Source: an uncultured Gammaproteobacteria bacterium (GTDB lineage: Bacteria; Patescibacteriota; Microgenomatia; UBA8517). Taken from it: DNA of 53,702 nt. The notes below the pieces were generated by a model, which searched no databases, was not told the DNA's origin, and saw only the letters and a program-made list of their open reading frames with translations. Shown piece by piece: positions 42,639 to 51,055 of this stretch. Numbering within the stretch: the first letter of the stretch is position 1; each line of letters begins with the position of its first letter. The stretch covers positions 1-53,702 of the forward strand of contig CAZOUV010000005.1 of assembly GCA_964583105.1 (NCBI GenBank), read 5' to 3'. The translations under genes and the position numbers were made by a program.

Positions 42639-44057
42639 TTGGATTCTATGCCTGAACAAAACAATACATCTCAATCGGTTTCAGCGACAGTTACGCAAAA
42701 TCCTGTTTTAAACCAAAACCAAGTACCGGATATGATTGTCACACCTAAAGTTAAAAAACGATTCCCAAAAATTCTTGTAATAATTTTACTTATTATTACT
42801 CTTTTGGGTTCAGGTTTTTTTCTTTTTACTAAGTTTAAAAATCCAAAAAATGAAGCTTCGGGAGAGATTATCTGGTGGGGGCTTTGGGAGAATGAAGCTG
42901 TAATTTCCCCACTCATAGCAGAATATGAAGCGAAAAATCCCAAAGTCAAGGTAAAGTATATTGAACAATCAAAACAGGATTATAGAGAGAGACTTACTAA
43001 CGCCCTGGCTAAAGGCACCGGTCCTGATATTTTTACATTTCATAATTCTTGGACGCCGATGTTTAAGGCACATCTTGATCTGATGCCTGATTCTGTTATG
43101 ACTCCTTCCGAATTTTCCCAGACTTATTATCCAGTAATTATTAAAGATTTAACCTCTGGGTCTGGAATTTTAGGAATTCCTTTAGGCTATGATGCTTTAA
43201 CTTTATACATTAATAACGACATTTTTACCGAGCATGGTAAAAACCCTCCCACAACATGGGACGACTTGCGGCAGATAGCAATAGAGCTTACCAAAAAAGA
43301 CGATATGGGCGTAATTACCCAAGCCGGGATTGCCTTAGGAAGAACGGAAAATGTGGATAATTGGCAGGAGATATTGGCTTTGATGATGCTTCAAAACGGA
43401 GCAAATTTAGCAAATCCTACTGGTCAACTTGCGGAAGATGCTTTGACGTTTTTTACAATTTTTGCTTCCTCGGATGGAGTCTGGGATGCTTCGCTTCCTA
43501 CCTCAACGGCCATGTTTGCTGGAGGAAAACTTGCCATGTATATTGCTCCTTCTTGGAGAGTATTTGAAATAACACAAATTAACCCCTTGCTTAATTTTAA
43601 AACGGTTCCTCTTCCACAACTTGCAAAAACTACTTCTTCACAAAAAGATATATCCTATGCCACTTATTGGGTAGAGGGAGTTTCTAATAAAGGACAAAAC
43701 AAAAATGTAGCCTGGGATTTTCTGAAATTTATTTCTTCAAGCGAATCTCTTTCAAAGATATATACCAACGCATCTAAACAGAGAAAATTTGGTCAGGCTT
43801 TTCCAAGAATTGATATGGCTAATTTACTTGCAGACCACCCCTTTTTGGGATCAATTATTTCCCTGGCTCCGAGTGCCGAAAGTTGGTACCTTAACTCAAG
43901 AACATTTGACGGTCCTACGGGAATAAACTCCTTAATTAATAAATATTTTGAAGATGCTGTAAATTCAGTAAATGCAAGAAATACTGCCGAAAAAGCCCTG
44001 ACCACAACCCCACAGGGGGTTACACAGGTTTTAAAGCAGTATGGAATCACAAAATAA
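42639..44057 (+). CDS. extracellular solute-binding protein (ABC transporter family 1, sugar-type), membrane anchored
   Basis: 472 aa. TM anchor ILVIILLIITLLGSGFFLF, then IIWWGLWENEAVISPLIAEYEAKNPKVKVKY. The start is uncertain (ATG at 42639, 42648 or 42732). No permease or ATPase genes adjacent. Confidence 0.75.
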   Translation: MDSMPEQNNTSQSVSATVTQNPVLNQNQVPDMIVTPKVKKRFPKILVIILLIITLLGSGFFLFTKFKNPKNEASGEIIWWGLWENEAVISPLIAEYEAKNPKVKVKYIEQSKQDYRERLTNALAKGTGPDIFTFHNSWTPMFKAHLDLMPDSVMTPSEFSQTYYPVIIKDLTSGSGILGIPLGYDALTLYINNDIFTEHGKNPPTTWDDLRQIAIELTKKDDMGVITQAGIALGRTENVDNWQEILALMMLQNGANLANPTGQLAEDALTFFTIFASSDGVWDASLPTSTAMFAGGKLAMYIAPSWRVFEITQINPLLNFKTVPLPQLAKTTSSQKDISYATYWVEGVSNKGQNKNVAWDFLKFISSSESLSKIYTNASKQRKFGQAFPRIDMANLLADHPFLGSIISLAPSAESWYLNSRTFDGPTGINSLINKYFEDAVNSVNARNTAEKALTTTPQGVTQVLKQYGITK

Positions 44058-44868
44058 ACCTTCTTTTGATAGGGGTGTAATAACCTCAATATATTACCAC
44101 GATATTTTTGACTACCCATTAACTAGAGAAGAATTAATCAGGTGGAAAACAGGTAAAAAACACGCCCAACTTAATAAAAGAAAAAGAATTATCAGTAAAA
44201 TGGGTTTTTATTTTTTGGAAGGAAGAAAAAATATTGTTTGTAAAAAAATATTAAGACAAAGAATTTCAAAAAGAAAAAACAAGATAGCTTATAAAAAAGC
44301 ACTGATCCTGGCTAAAATTCCCACCGTTTTAGGAATATTTATTACCGGCAATCTTGCAATGAATAATGCTAAAGAGGGCTCGGATATAGATCTGATGATA
44401 ATTACCAAAAGTGGCAGTCTTTGGTTTACAAGACTTATATCATATGTAATCCTTGCCTTAACCAATTCGGAAACTAGAAAATACGGAGATAAAAACCAAA
44501 AAGATAAACTATGCCTGAATATCTGGCTGGATGAAACCGCTTTACTGTGGAACAAAAAGGACAGAAATATCTACACCGCCCATGAAATTGCACAGACTAA
44601 ACCAATTATAGATAAGAGTAATATTTATCAGAGGTTTTTACAAAATAATTCCTGGATTTTGGATTATTGGCCAAATTCAGTAAATATTGAAAAGAAATTA
44701 TATAAAACTAAAATAAAAAGAAAAATATATTTGCTGGAGAAAATTTGTTATCGGCTTCAATATTTGTATATGAAGAAAAAAATCACCAGAGAAAAAATTA
44801 GTTTGCATTATGCAATATTTCATCCTAACAATTTGAGTAAAAATGTTTTTAAAAAACTTTCCTCTTGA
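44041..44868 (+). CDS. nucleotidyltransferase-fold (Pol-beta superfamily) protein
   Basis: 275 aa. GNLAMNNAKEGSDIDLMIITKSG matches the G[SG]-x-DxD minimal NTase motif. Substrate unknown. Confidence 0.6.
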   Translation: MESQNKPSFDRGVITSIYYHDIFDYPLTREELIRWKTGKKHAQLNKRKRIISKMGFYFLEGRKNIVCKKILRQRISKRKNKIAYKKALILAKIPTVLGIFITGNLAMNNAKEGSDIDLMIITKSGSLWFTRLISYVILALTNSETRKYGDKNQKDKLCLNIWLDETALLWNKKDRNIYTAHEIAQTKPIIDKSNIYQRFLQNNSWILDYWPNSVNIEKKLYKTKIKRKIYLLEKICYRLQYLYMKKKITREKISLHYAIFHPNNLSKNVFKKLSS

Positions 44869-44893
44869 CAAGGTAATCTTCCATGCCTAAAAT
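44865..44893 (+). promoter_or_regulatory. consensus sigma70-type promoter of groES operon
   Basis: TTGACA (44865-44870), a 17-nt spacer, then TAAAAT (44888-44893). The -35 overlaps the stop codon of the upstream gene. Confidence 0.6.
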
Positions 44894-44918
44894 AGCACTC
44901 AGTCTAAACGAATGCTAA
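44892..44918 (+). promoter_or_regulatory. CIRCE (HrcA operator) inverted repeat
   Basis: ATAGCACTC-AGTCTAAAC-GAATGCTAA versus consensus TTAGCACTC-N9-GAGTGCTAA: one mismatch per arm and exact 9-nt spacing. Overlaps the -10 and ends 1 nt before the groES ATG. Confidence 0.8.
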
Positions 44919-44919
44919 T

Positions 44920-45216
44920 ATGACCAAGCTAAATTTAATACCAACTGCCGGTTACGTTCTAATAGAACCTCTAGATAAAGAGGTAAAAACTTCTTCGGGA
45001 ATATATCTTCCCGATAATGCTTCTGAAAAACCCCAAAAAGGAAAAGTCTTGGCTGTGGGGGGTGCTGAAATTACAGAGAAAGGTATAAAAAGGAATTCCC
45101 CCGTTAAAACGGGCGATAAAGTAATTTACAAAAAATGGGGAGGAAATGAAGTAAAAATCGGAAATATTGAATACCTTTTTGTAAAATTCGAGGATATTTT
45201 GGCAATTGAAAAATAA
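44920..45216 (+). CDS. groES: co-chaperonin GroES
   Basis: 98 aa. LIPTAGYVLIEP...SGIYLPDNASEKPQKGKVLAVG. Confidence 0.93.
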   Translation: MTKLNLIPTAGYVLIEPLDKEVKTSSGIYLPDNASEKPQKGKVLAVGGAEITEKGIKRNSPVKTGDKVIYKKWGGNEVKIGNIEYLFVKFEDILAIEK

Positions 45217-45219
45217 AAA

Positions 45220-45414
45220 ATGACGGAAGATAAAAATAAACAACAACAAACAGAATCTTTAGCGGGAACTTATGGAATACCTGTTCCAGAAGCTAGAGCA
45301 ATGAACGCCCTTTTAACATTAAACGAAGAAGGCGAGTCACGAATGAAAATGGGCATAAAGAATCCTGAGGTTTTAGAATCGGATTTGTCAATAGATCGTT
45401 CAAAAACTAAGTAA
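45220..45414 (+). CDS. hypothetical small hydrophilic protein (64 aa) between groES and groEL
   Basis: The ORF fills the groES-groEL spacer exactly, with a 3-nt gap upstream and a 1-nt gap downstream. No motif recognised, so coding status is unproven. Confidence 0.45.
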   Translation: MTEDKNKQQQTESLAGTYGIPVPEARAMNALLTLNEEGESRMKMGIKNPEVLESDLSIDRSKTK

Positions 45415-45415
45415 T

Positions 45416-47038
45416 ATGGCCAAACAACTTAAATTTGGAAAAGACGCAAGAACCCTTTTAATGAAAGGTATAGATGTAGTTGCCAAGGCGGTTGTTACAA
45501 CACTTGGCCCGAAAGGCAGAAACATAGCCCTAGATAAAAAATGGGGAGCTCCAAATATAGTTCATGATGGTGTATCCGTTGCCAAAGAAATTGATTTACC
45601 CAATCCATTTGAGAATATGGGGGCCCAGTTGGTAAAGGAAGCCGCTTCCAAGACAAATGATAATGCCGGGGATGGAACCACAACCTCAACCCTTCTTGCT
45701 CAGGTTCTGACTCAAAAGGGAATGAAAAAAATTGAAGCAGGAGCAAATCCCATGGTCGTTAAAAAAGGTATAGAAAAGGCAGTTGAGGTGGTTGTTAATG
45801 AACTTAAGAAAATGGCCAAACCCATCAAAGGAAAGGAAGAAATTACTCAAGTTGCTACAATTTCTGCCGGAAGTCAGGAAATTGGGTTAAAAATTGCCGA
45901 GGCCTTGGATAAAGTTGGTCGTGATGGAGTGGTTACCGTTGAAGAGGGAAAGGGTTTAACAATAGATATTGAATACAAAGACGGGATGGAATTTGATAGA
46001 GGCTATGCTTCTGCATATTTTGTTACAAATCCTGATAAAATGGAGGCAGAGATTGAGGATGCTTATATTCTACTTACCGATAAAAAGATTTCCTCAATTC
46101 AAGATCTATTACCCTTTTTGGAAAAATTTGTTAAAGTTTCCAAGAATCTGGTAATCATCGCCGATGAAGTTGAGGGTGAGGCACTAGCCACTTTGGTTGT
46201 AAATAAGCTCAGGGGAACCTTTAATGTTTTGGCAATTAAAGCTCCGGGATTTGGTGACAGACGCAAAGAATCACTTGAAGATATTGCTGTTCTTACTGGA
46301 GGAACGGTGATTTCCGAAGATACCGGAAGAAATTTTGAGGGCATTGAAGTTAATGATTTAGGTAGAGCAGACAAGGTTTGGGCAGATAAAGATAATGCCA
46401 GAATAATCGGAGGAAAAGGAGATAAGAGTGCAATCGAAGCAAGGATAGCTTCAATTAAAAAGCAAATTAAGATATCTGATTCAGATTTTGATAAAGAAAA
46501 GTTTGAGGAAAGACTGGCAAAACTCGCCGGAGGTGTTGCTCAAATAAATGTCGGAGCTGCTACCGAAATTGAACTTAATGAAAAGAAGGAAAGAGTAAAA
46601 GATGCGGTAGGTGCAACAAAAGCAGCAATTGAAGAGGGGATTGTGCCGGGAGGAGAAACAGCCTTCTTAAGAGCAAGAAAAGCAATTAAAAACATAAAAG
46701 TAGACCAAGGAGACGAACAGTTGGGTGCTGCTATTGTCTATGAATCTTTGGAAGAACCGATTAAATGGCTTGTAAAAAACGCAGGCGATGATGAAGTAAT
46801 GGTGCTTAAAAAGGTGCTGGCTTCAAAAGAAGTAGATTTTGGCTACGATGTTTTAACAGGTAAATTTGGTTCAATGACTAAACTTGGAATTATTGATCCT
46901 GTAAAAGTAACGCGTTCGGCACTTCAAAATGCCGCCTCGGTAGCAGGTATGGTAATTACAACAGAAGGTTTAGTCACCGACCTTCCTGAACCTAAAAAGG
47001 ATATGCCTCAAATGCCTCCTGGAGGAATGGACTATTAA
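45416..47038 (+). CDS. groEL: chaperonin GroEL
   Basis: 540 aa. AKQLKFGKDAR..., DGTTTSTLLAQ, and a C-terminal PPGGMDY tail. Confidence 0.97.
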   Translation: MAKQLKFGKDARTLLMKGIDVVAKAVVTTLGPKGRNIALDKKWGAPNIVHDGVSVAKEIDLPNPFENMGAQLVKEAASKTNDNAGDGTTTSTLLAQVLTQKGMKKIEAGANPMVVKKGIEKAVEVVVNELKKMAKPIKGKEEITQVATISAGSQEIGLKIAEALDKVGRDGVVTVEEGKGLTIDIEYKDGMEFDRGYASAYFVTNPDKMEAEIEDAYILLTDKKISSIQDLLPFLEKFVKVSKNLVIIADEVEGEALATLVVNKLRGTFNVLAIKAPGFGDRRKESLEDIAVLTGGTVISEDTGRNFEGIEVNDLGRADKVWADKDNARIIGGKGDKSAIEARIASIKKQIKISDSDFDKEKFEERLAKLAGGVAQINVGAATEIELNEKKERVKDAVGATKAAIEEGIVPGGETAFLRARKAIKNIKVDQGDEQLGAAIVYESLEEPIKWLVKNAGDDEVMVLKKVLASKEVDFGYDVLTGKFGSMTKLGIIDPVKVTRSALQNAASVAGMVITTEGLVTDLPEPKKDMPQMPPGGMDY

Positions 47039-47072
47039 GTCGGTTGAAAGAAAAAAAGTAATTTTCCTTGTT

Positions 47073-47645
47073 TTAAAGCTTTGAAGAAGCAAGTGTTGGT
47101 AGAACCGCAAAGGGGTTTACTGGAATCCCATTTTTTCTTATTTCAAGATGAAGATGTGGTCCTGTTGAATGGCCGGTGGCTCCGACATTTCCAATGATAT
47201 CAAGAACACTGATAGTATCGGCTTTTGCAACATTAATTTTGGAAAGGTGTGCATAGAGAGAGGTGATTCCGTCTCCATGATTTACAATGATGGCATTTCC
47301 GTAGCCAACCTTTGACCTTGAGACGTCTTCAACAACTCCGTTTTTAATGGGTTTGACCTCCGTTCCTCTTGGTGCGGCGATATCTATAGCTGGATGAAAA
47401 AAAGAAAACCCCTGACTGACATATCCCGTTTGAACTGGGTATTGGATACTTCTTTCGGTTGTCGTTGTGAGAGTTACTTCAGCCTCGGGAATAATAGTTG
47501 TTTCGGGCTGTATTTGATCAGCTTGAACAGGTACAAATGAACCCAAAACAAGCATCAGTGTTAGGTTTGTTCCAACTAGACGCTTTACGCTTTTAGCTTC
47601 AAATAAGCGTCTGAAAAACCTCGAAATTTTACTTCCTTTTCTCAT
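47073..47645 (-). CDS. secreted M23 family metallopeptidase
   Basis: The track ORF starts at 47684. The internal ATG at 47645 gives MRKGSKISRFFRRLF...LTLMLVLGSFVPVQA, a signal-peptide-like N-terminus. M23 motifs HPAIDIA and GATGHSTGPHLHLEI. Confidence 0.85.
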   Translation of the reverse strand: MRKGSKISRFFRRLFEAKSVKRLVGTNLTLMLVLGSFVPVQADQIQPETTIIPEAEVTLTTTTERSIQYPVQTGYVSQGFSFFHPAIDIAAPRGTEVKPIKNGVVEDVSRSKVGYGNAIIVNHGDGITSLYAHLSKINVAKADTISVLDIIGNVGATGHSTGPHLHLEIRKNGIPVNPFAVLPTLASSKL

Positions 47646-47765
47646 ATTAGGCAGGACTAAGAAAACAACTAAAAATCCCACCATATCGGTGGGAGAAGCG
47701 CAATTCTACCCTATGAAACAGCAAAAAGTCAAGTTTGGGGGCTTATTTTTTTATATATGTTTTTT

Positions 47766-47840
47766 TGGAGGCCGAAGCGGGAATCGAACCCGCGCATAGG
47801 TGTTTTGCAGACACCCGTGTTTCCACTTCACCATCCGGCC
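47766..47840 (-). tRNA. tRNA-Cys (anticodon GCA)
   Basis: The reverse complement GGCCGGATGGTGAAGTGGAAACACGGGTGTCTGCAAAACACCTATGCGCGGGTTCGATTCCCGCTTCGGCCTCCA folds as a cloverleaf. Anticodon stem GGTGT/ACACC with loop CTGCAAA; discriminator U; CCA encoded. Confidence 0.9.
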
Positions 47841-47886
47841 GAACTTATGCGTATTTTATCATAGTTTGTGTTAAAATTTCTTCACT

Positions 47887-48735
47887 GTGAACAAATACTT
47901 AAAAATATTTTTGATAGTATTTTCAGTTTTACTTTTTTCTTTTGCGGTATTTTTTATACTAATCAAAATAAAACCCAAGAAAATGGGTGGTATAGCAATT
48001 GAGACAACACCTTCCTCTACAGTGTTTATAAATGGGATTCAGGTTGGAAAAACACCGTATTCGGGGGTTTACGAACCTGGGGAGATCGATTTAAAACTGG
48101 TTCCAGATGCAAATGAAACCCCCCTGATGTTATTCGAAACAAGAATTTTATTAAGCGCAGGTATAGAAACGGTAGTTAAAAGAGATTTTGGGGAAAGACC
48201 GGATTTATCAGGAGGTTATATTGTTTCCTTTGAAAAAACAGGGGAGAATACCCCTTCGGTTGCTGTAATAACTGATCCGGATTCAGCACAAGTTTCAATT
48301 GATGGTAAGGCATACGGTTTTGCCCCTTATAAAACATCTCAAATATCGGCATCAAGTCATCAAATAGTAATTGCCATGGACGGATATTTATCCCAAACCA
48401 TCAATATTAAAGCGTTAACGGGTTATAAACTTACTTTATCGGCAAAATTAATAAAAGATTTAACTAAAGTTGAAAAAACACCTGACCCCACACCTACCCC
48501 AACTCCCCAAATAAAAATTGAAATTCTATCTACTCCCAACGGTTTTTTGAGAGTCAGGCAATCGTCATCGACGGACTCGGAAGAAATTGCCAGAGTAAAC
48601 ACCAAGGATACATTTATCTTAATTGAGGAAAGTTCGGACGGGGAGTGGTACAAGATCGAATACGAAGAAGAAAAAACCGGTTGGATTTCAAGTCAATATG
48701 CCAAAAAAATTAATCAAACCGAAACGCCTCCATAA
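47887..48735 (+). CDS. membrane-anchored protein with two PEGA domains, Thr/Pro linker and C-terminal SH3b-like domain
   Basis: 282 aa, GTG start. IAIETTPSSTVFINGIQVGKTPY and VITDPDSAQVSIDGKAYGFAPY (PEGA). PDPTPTPTPQ linker. GFLRVRQSSSTDSEEIARVNTKDTFILIEESSDGEWYKIEY (SH3b). Confidence 0.75.
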   Translation: MNKYLKIFLIVFSVLLFSFAVFFILIKIKPKKMGGIAIETTPSSTVFINGIQVGKTPYSGVYEPGEIDLKLVPDANETPLMLFETRILLSAGIETVVKRDFGERPDLSGGYIVSFEKTGENTPSVAVITDPDSAQVSIDGKAYGFAPYKTSQISASSHQIVIAMDGYLSQTINIKALTGYKLTLSAKLIKDLTKVEKTPDPTPTPTPQIKIEILSTPNGFLRVRQSSSTDSEEIARVNTKDTFILIEESSDGEWYKIEYEEEKTGWISSQYAKKINQTETPP

Positions 48736-49670
48736 AATATCCAGACTATCATTGATGTCCAGACGATAACTGTAGTAATAAGTGCCTTATCTGTTAGAAG
48801 CAATTTTTCAGGAGCTTCGGATTTTCCCGCAAAAATAAGATATTCATAACGCATTATTCCAAAAATAACTATTGGGATTGTGATCATCAAAAGTTTATTT
48901 ATGGTAGTGGTTTTAGAAAGTTCAGCCAAAAACAACCAAAGATCAAGAGAGGCCTTTGGGCTTTCGAAAAAGGTAAAAAGTGCCCAAGAAACCCATGCTG
49001 CATTTCCAAACATGGTTACATATGAATCAATGAGCTCTTTATTGTAATGGGTGAGGCTTTTTCTGGTCACTTCTGATGTTTCCTTAAGAAGATTAAATTC
49101 ACTTCTTCTTTTACCTGAAGCTAAAAATAAAGCAACCGATACGACACAAAGAAGAAACCAGACGGAAAGATGGGCATTAATTACAAACGCTCCGGAATAA
49201 ATTCTTAATATAAAACCCGTGGCGATAATTAAGATATCTAAAATTGGAATATTTTTTAGCCCCATACTGTAAAAAATCTGAAGCCCAAGATATCCCCAGA
49301 TAATGTAATTAAAAAAAGATGGCAACCCAGATGCAAAAAATAAGGCCAAAAAAACCAAAATTACAGCTTCAAATAGTGCCATACGAACAGGAAGTTTTCC
49401 TGATGCAATCGGCCTATCCCTTTTTGTGGGGTGTAGTCTATCAAGCTTGGCATCAAAAATATCATTAATGATGTAGGTTGCGGATGTTATGAAACAGAAA
49501 GAAATAAAAGCCAAAAATATCTTATCGAATAAAAGAGGGTTAAATAGATTACCAGTAAAAATTAAAGCCGCAAAAACCGCCAAATTTTTAATCCAGTGTA
49601 CTGGCCTAAGAACCCAAAAGGCCGCTTTTATATTTGCCGAGCTCATGTTTTTTGACGGTATGTAAGCCAA
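48714..49670 (-). CDS. UbiA-family prenyltransferase, decaprenyl-phosphate phosphoribosyltransferase-like
   Basis: 318 aa, polytopic. NDIFDAKLDRLHPTKRDRPIASG closely resembles the DPPR synthase motif (ND..D...DR.HPTKR.RPIA.G). Confidence 0.75.
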   Translation of the reverse strand: MAYIPSKNMSSANIKAAFWVLRPVHWIKNLAVFAALIFTGNLFNPLLFDKIFLAFISFCFITSATYIINDIFDAKLDRLHPTKRDRPIASGKLPVRMALFEAVILVFLALFFASGLPSFFNYIIWGYLGLQIFYSMGLKNIPILDILIIATGFILRIYSGAFVINAHLSVWFLLCVVSVALFLASGKRRSEFNLLKETSEVTRKSLTHYNKELIDSYVTMFGNAAWVSWALFTFFESPKASLDLWLFLAELSKTTTINKLLMITIPIVIFGIMRYEYLIFAGKSEAPEKLLLTDKALITTVIVWTSMIVWIFYGGVSV

Positions 49671-50716
49671 AGTATAAGGCCTCCAACAACGATTGCAATT
49701 CCAACCATTGTATATAACTTGGATGCCGTATTCAAATTAAGAGCAATACAGCCTAGGAGGGCGGTTATTGCCCAATAAAAAATAGTAACTCTCCTTTTGC
49801 CCCAACCTATGGCAAGAAGCCTATGATGTAGATGTCCACGGTCTCCCCAAACAGGAGATTTTCCTGAAAGAATCCGTCTAACAATGACATAACCGGTATC
49901 TATAAGGGGGATTCCTAAAACAACTACCAAAATTCCTACTTTTGTTGTTGAGAAAATTGCTAAGATTGCCAAAATATAGCCAGCCATAGTACTTCCCCCA
50001 TATCCCGGCATGATTTTTTGGGGGTAAAAATTCCAAGGAAGAAATCCTAAATAGCTACCGGCAAGTATTGCTGCAAGTGTAATTATTGGCCATTGGGCAA
50101 TATCTGCGGAAAATTTTAATGACATTGCCGCAATTGTCAAAGCCGAGACAACAACTACACCAGGAAGTTGTCCGTCAACTCCCTTGGCACCCATATTAAG
50201 CATGTTCATTATGAAAATAATCCAGACAAGCCCAAATAAATCGGAAAGAATCCAGATACTCCGTTCTTTACCAAAAAGGTCAAAAACAAGTTGGGGCGAG
50301 GAAAGATCGATTATCCCTCCCGCAGGATTTGAAACAAAGGAAATTCCGATACCTGCTGCAATTGGCATAAGAACTGCGAATATTTCCAGGATAAGCCTCA
50401 AATAGGGGTTTAAATTATATTTGTCATCCAGGATTCCAATTACGGTTATTATTATCAGTCCGGATAAAATCCCAATTAGGTGTTTGTCTATGGGCAAAAA
50501 TATCAGTGAGGTTAAAAATATTGCCAAAAAGGTAGCAAGTCCACCCATTCGCGGGACCGGGTATTTATGAATTACCTTTATGTGCTTATTTTTATTAGGA
50601 TCGTCAATAATTTTTAATTTTTTTGCCAGCCTTATTACAAATGGTGTTGCAAAAAATGCTATTAATGTGGCAATGATTCCCGGAATTAAAGCAAGGTTCA
50701 AGATTGGTTGTTTCAT
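49643..50716 (-). CDS. polyprenyl-phosphate sugar-1-phosphate transferase (MraY/WecA family)
   Basis: 357 aa, ~10 TM helices. DDKYNL, NMLNMGAKGVDGQLPG and a GHLHHRL tail are typical of the WecA/TagO-like family. Confidence 0.8.
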   Translation of the reverse strand: MKQPILNLALIPGIIATLIAFFATPFVIRLAKKLKIIDDPNKNKHIKVIHKYPVPRMGGLATFLAIFLTSLIFLPIDKHLIGILSGLIIITVIGILDDKYNLNPYLRLILEIFAVLMPIAAGIGISFVSNPAGGIIDLSSPQLVFDLFGKERSIWILSDLFGLVWIIFIMNMLNMGAKGVDGQLPGVVVVSALTIAAMSLKFSADIAQWPIITLAAILAGSYLGFLPWNFYPQKIMPGYGGSTMAGYILAILAIFSTTKVGILVVVLGIPLIDTGYVIVRRILSGKSPVWGDRGHLHHRLLAIGWGKRRVTIFYWAITALLGCIALNLNTASKLYTMVGIAIVVGGLILWLTYRQKT

Positions 50717-51054
50717 ATGTATCCCACCAAAAAAATTATTTTTAAAGAGGTAATTGATGCAAAAATTGCTGCACCAAACCCCGCAAGAATCAAAGTTTTT
50801 TTGATGAAATCATCCTTTATTGTAGTCGACAAAAGCAAATTAATAATGATAAAAATAAGAGACGACACTGAAGGAATTAAAATTCCCCAAGATGAAAAAA
50901 TTTGAGCCTCTCCTTGGGGTAGGCCATAGAAAAGAGGTATTTCTGGAGGGAGTCTTCCTTGAATAATAATGCCAAAAATAATTACTAAGATATTTAGTAT
51001 CCAAGAAACATGGAAAAATTCCTTAAATGGAAGTTTTTCTAATATCGCATGCAT
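50713..51054 (-). CDS. small polytopic membrane protein (113 aa)
   Basis: Hydrophobic ORF overlapping the downstream gene by 4 nt and 1 nt from the upstream gene, so it belongs to the glycan operon. Confidence 0.6.
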   Translation of the reverse strand: MHAILEKLPFKEFFHVSWILNILVIIFGIIIQGRLPPEIPLFYGLPQGEAQIFSSWGILIPSVSSLIFIIINLLLSTTIKDDFIKKTLILAGFGAAIFASITSLKIIFLVGYI

Positions 51055-51055
51055 A

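Noticed and set aside
42616-42664. Upstream extension of the VanW-like gene (MFCSGIESNYNGIIFV...)
   Set aside because: The extension would overlap the divergent solute-binding-protein gene start. The internal ATG at 42616 gives a standard basic N-terminus followed by a TM anchor.
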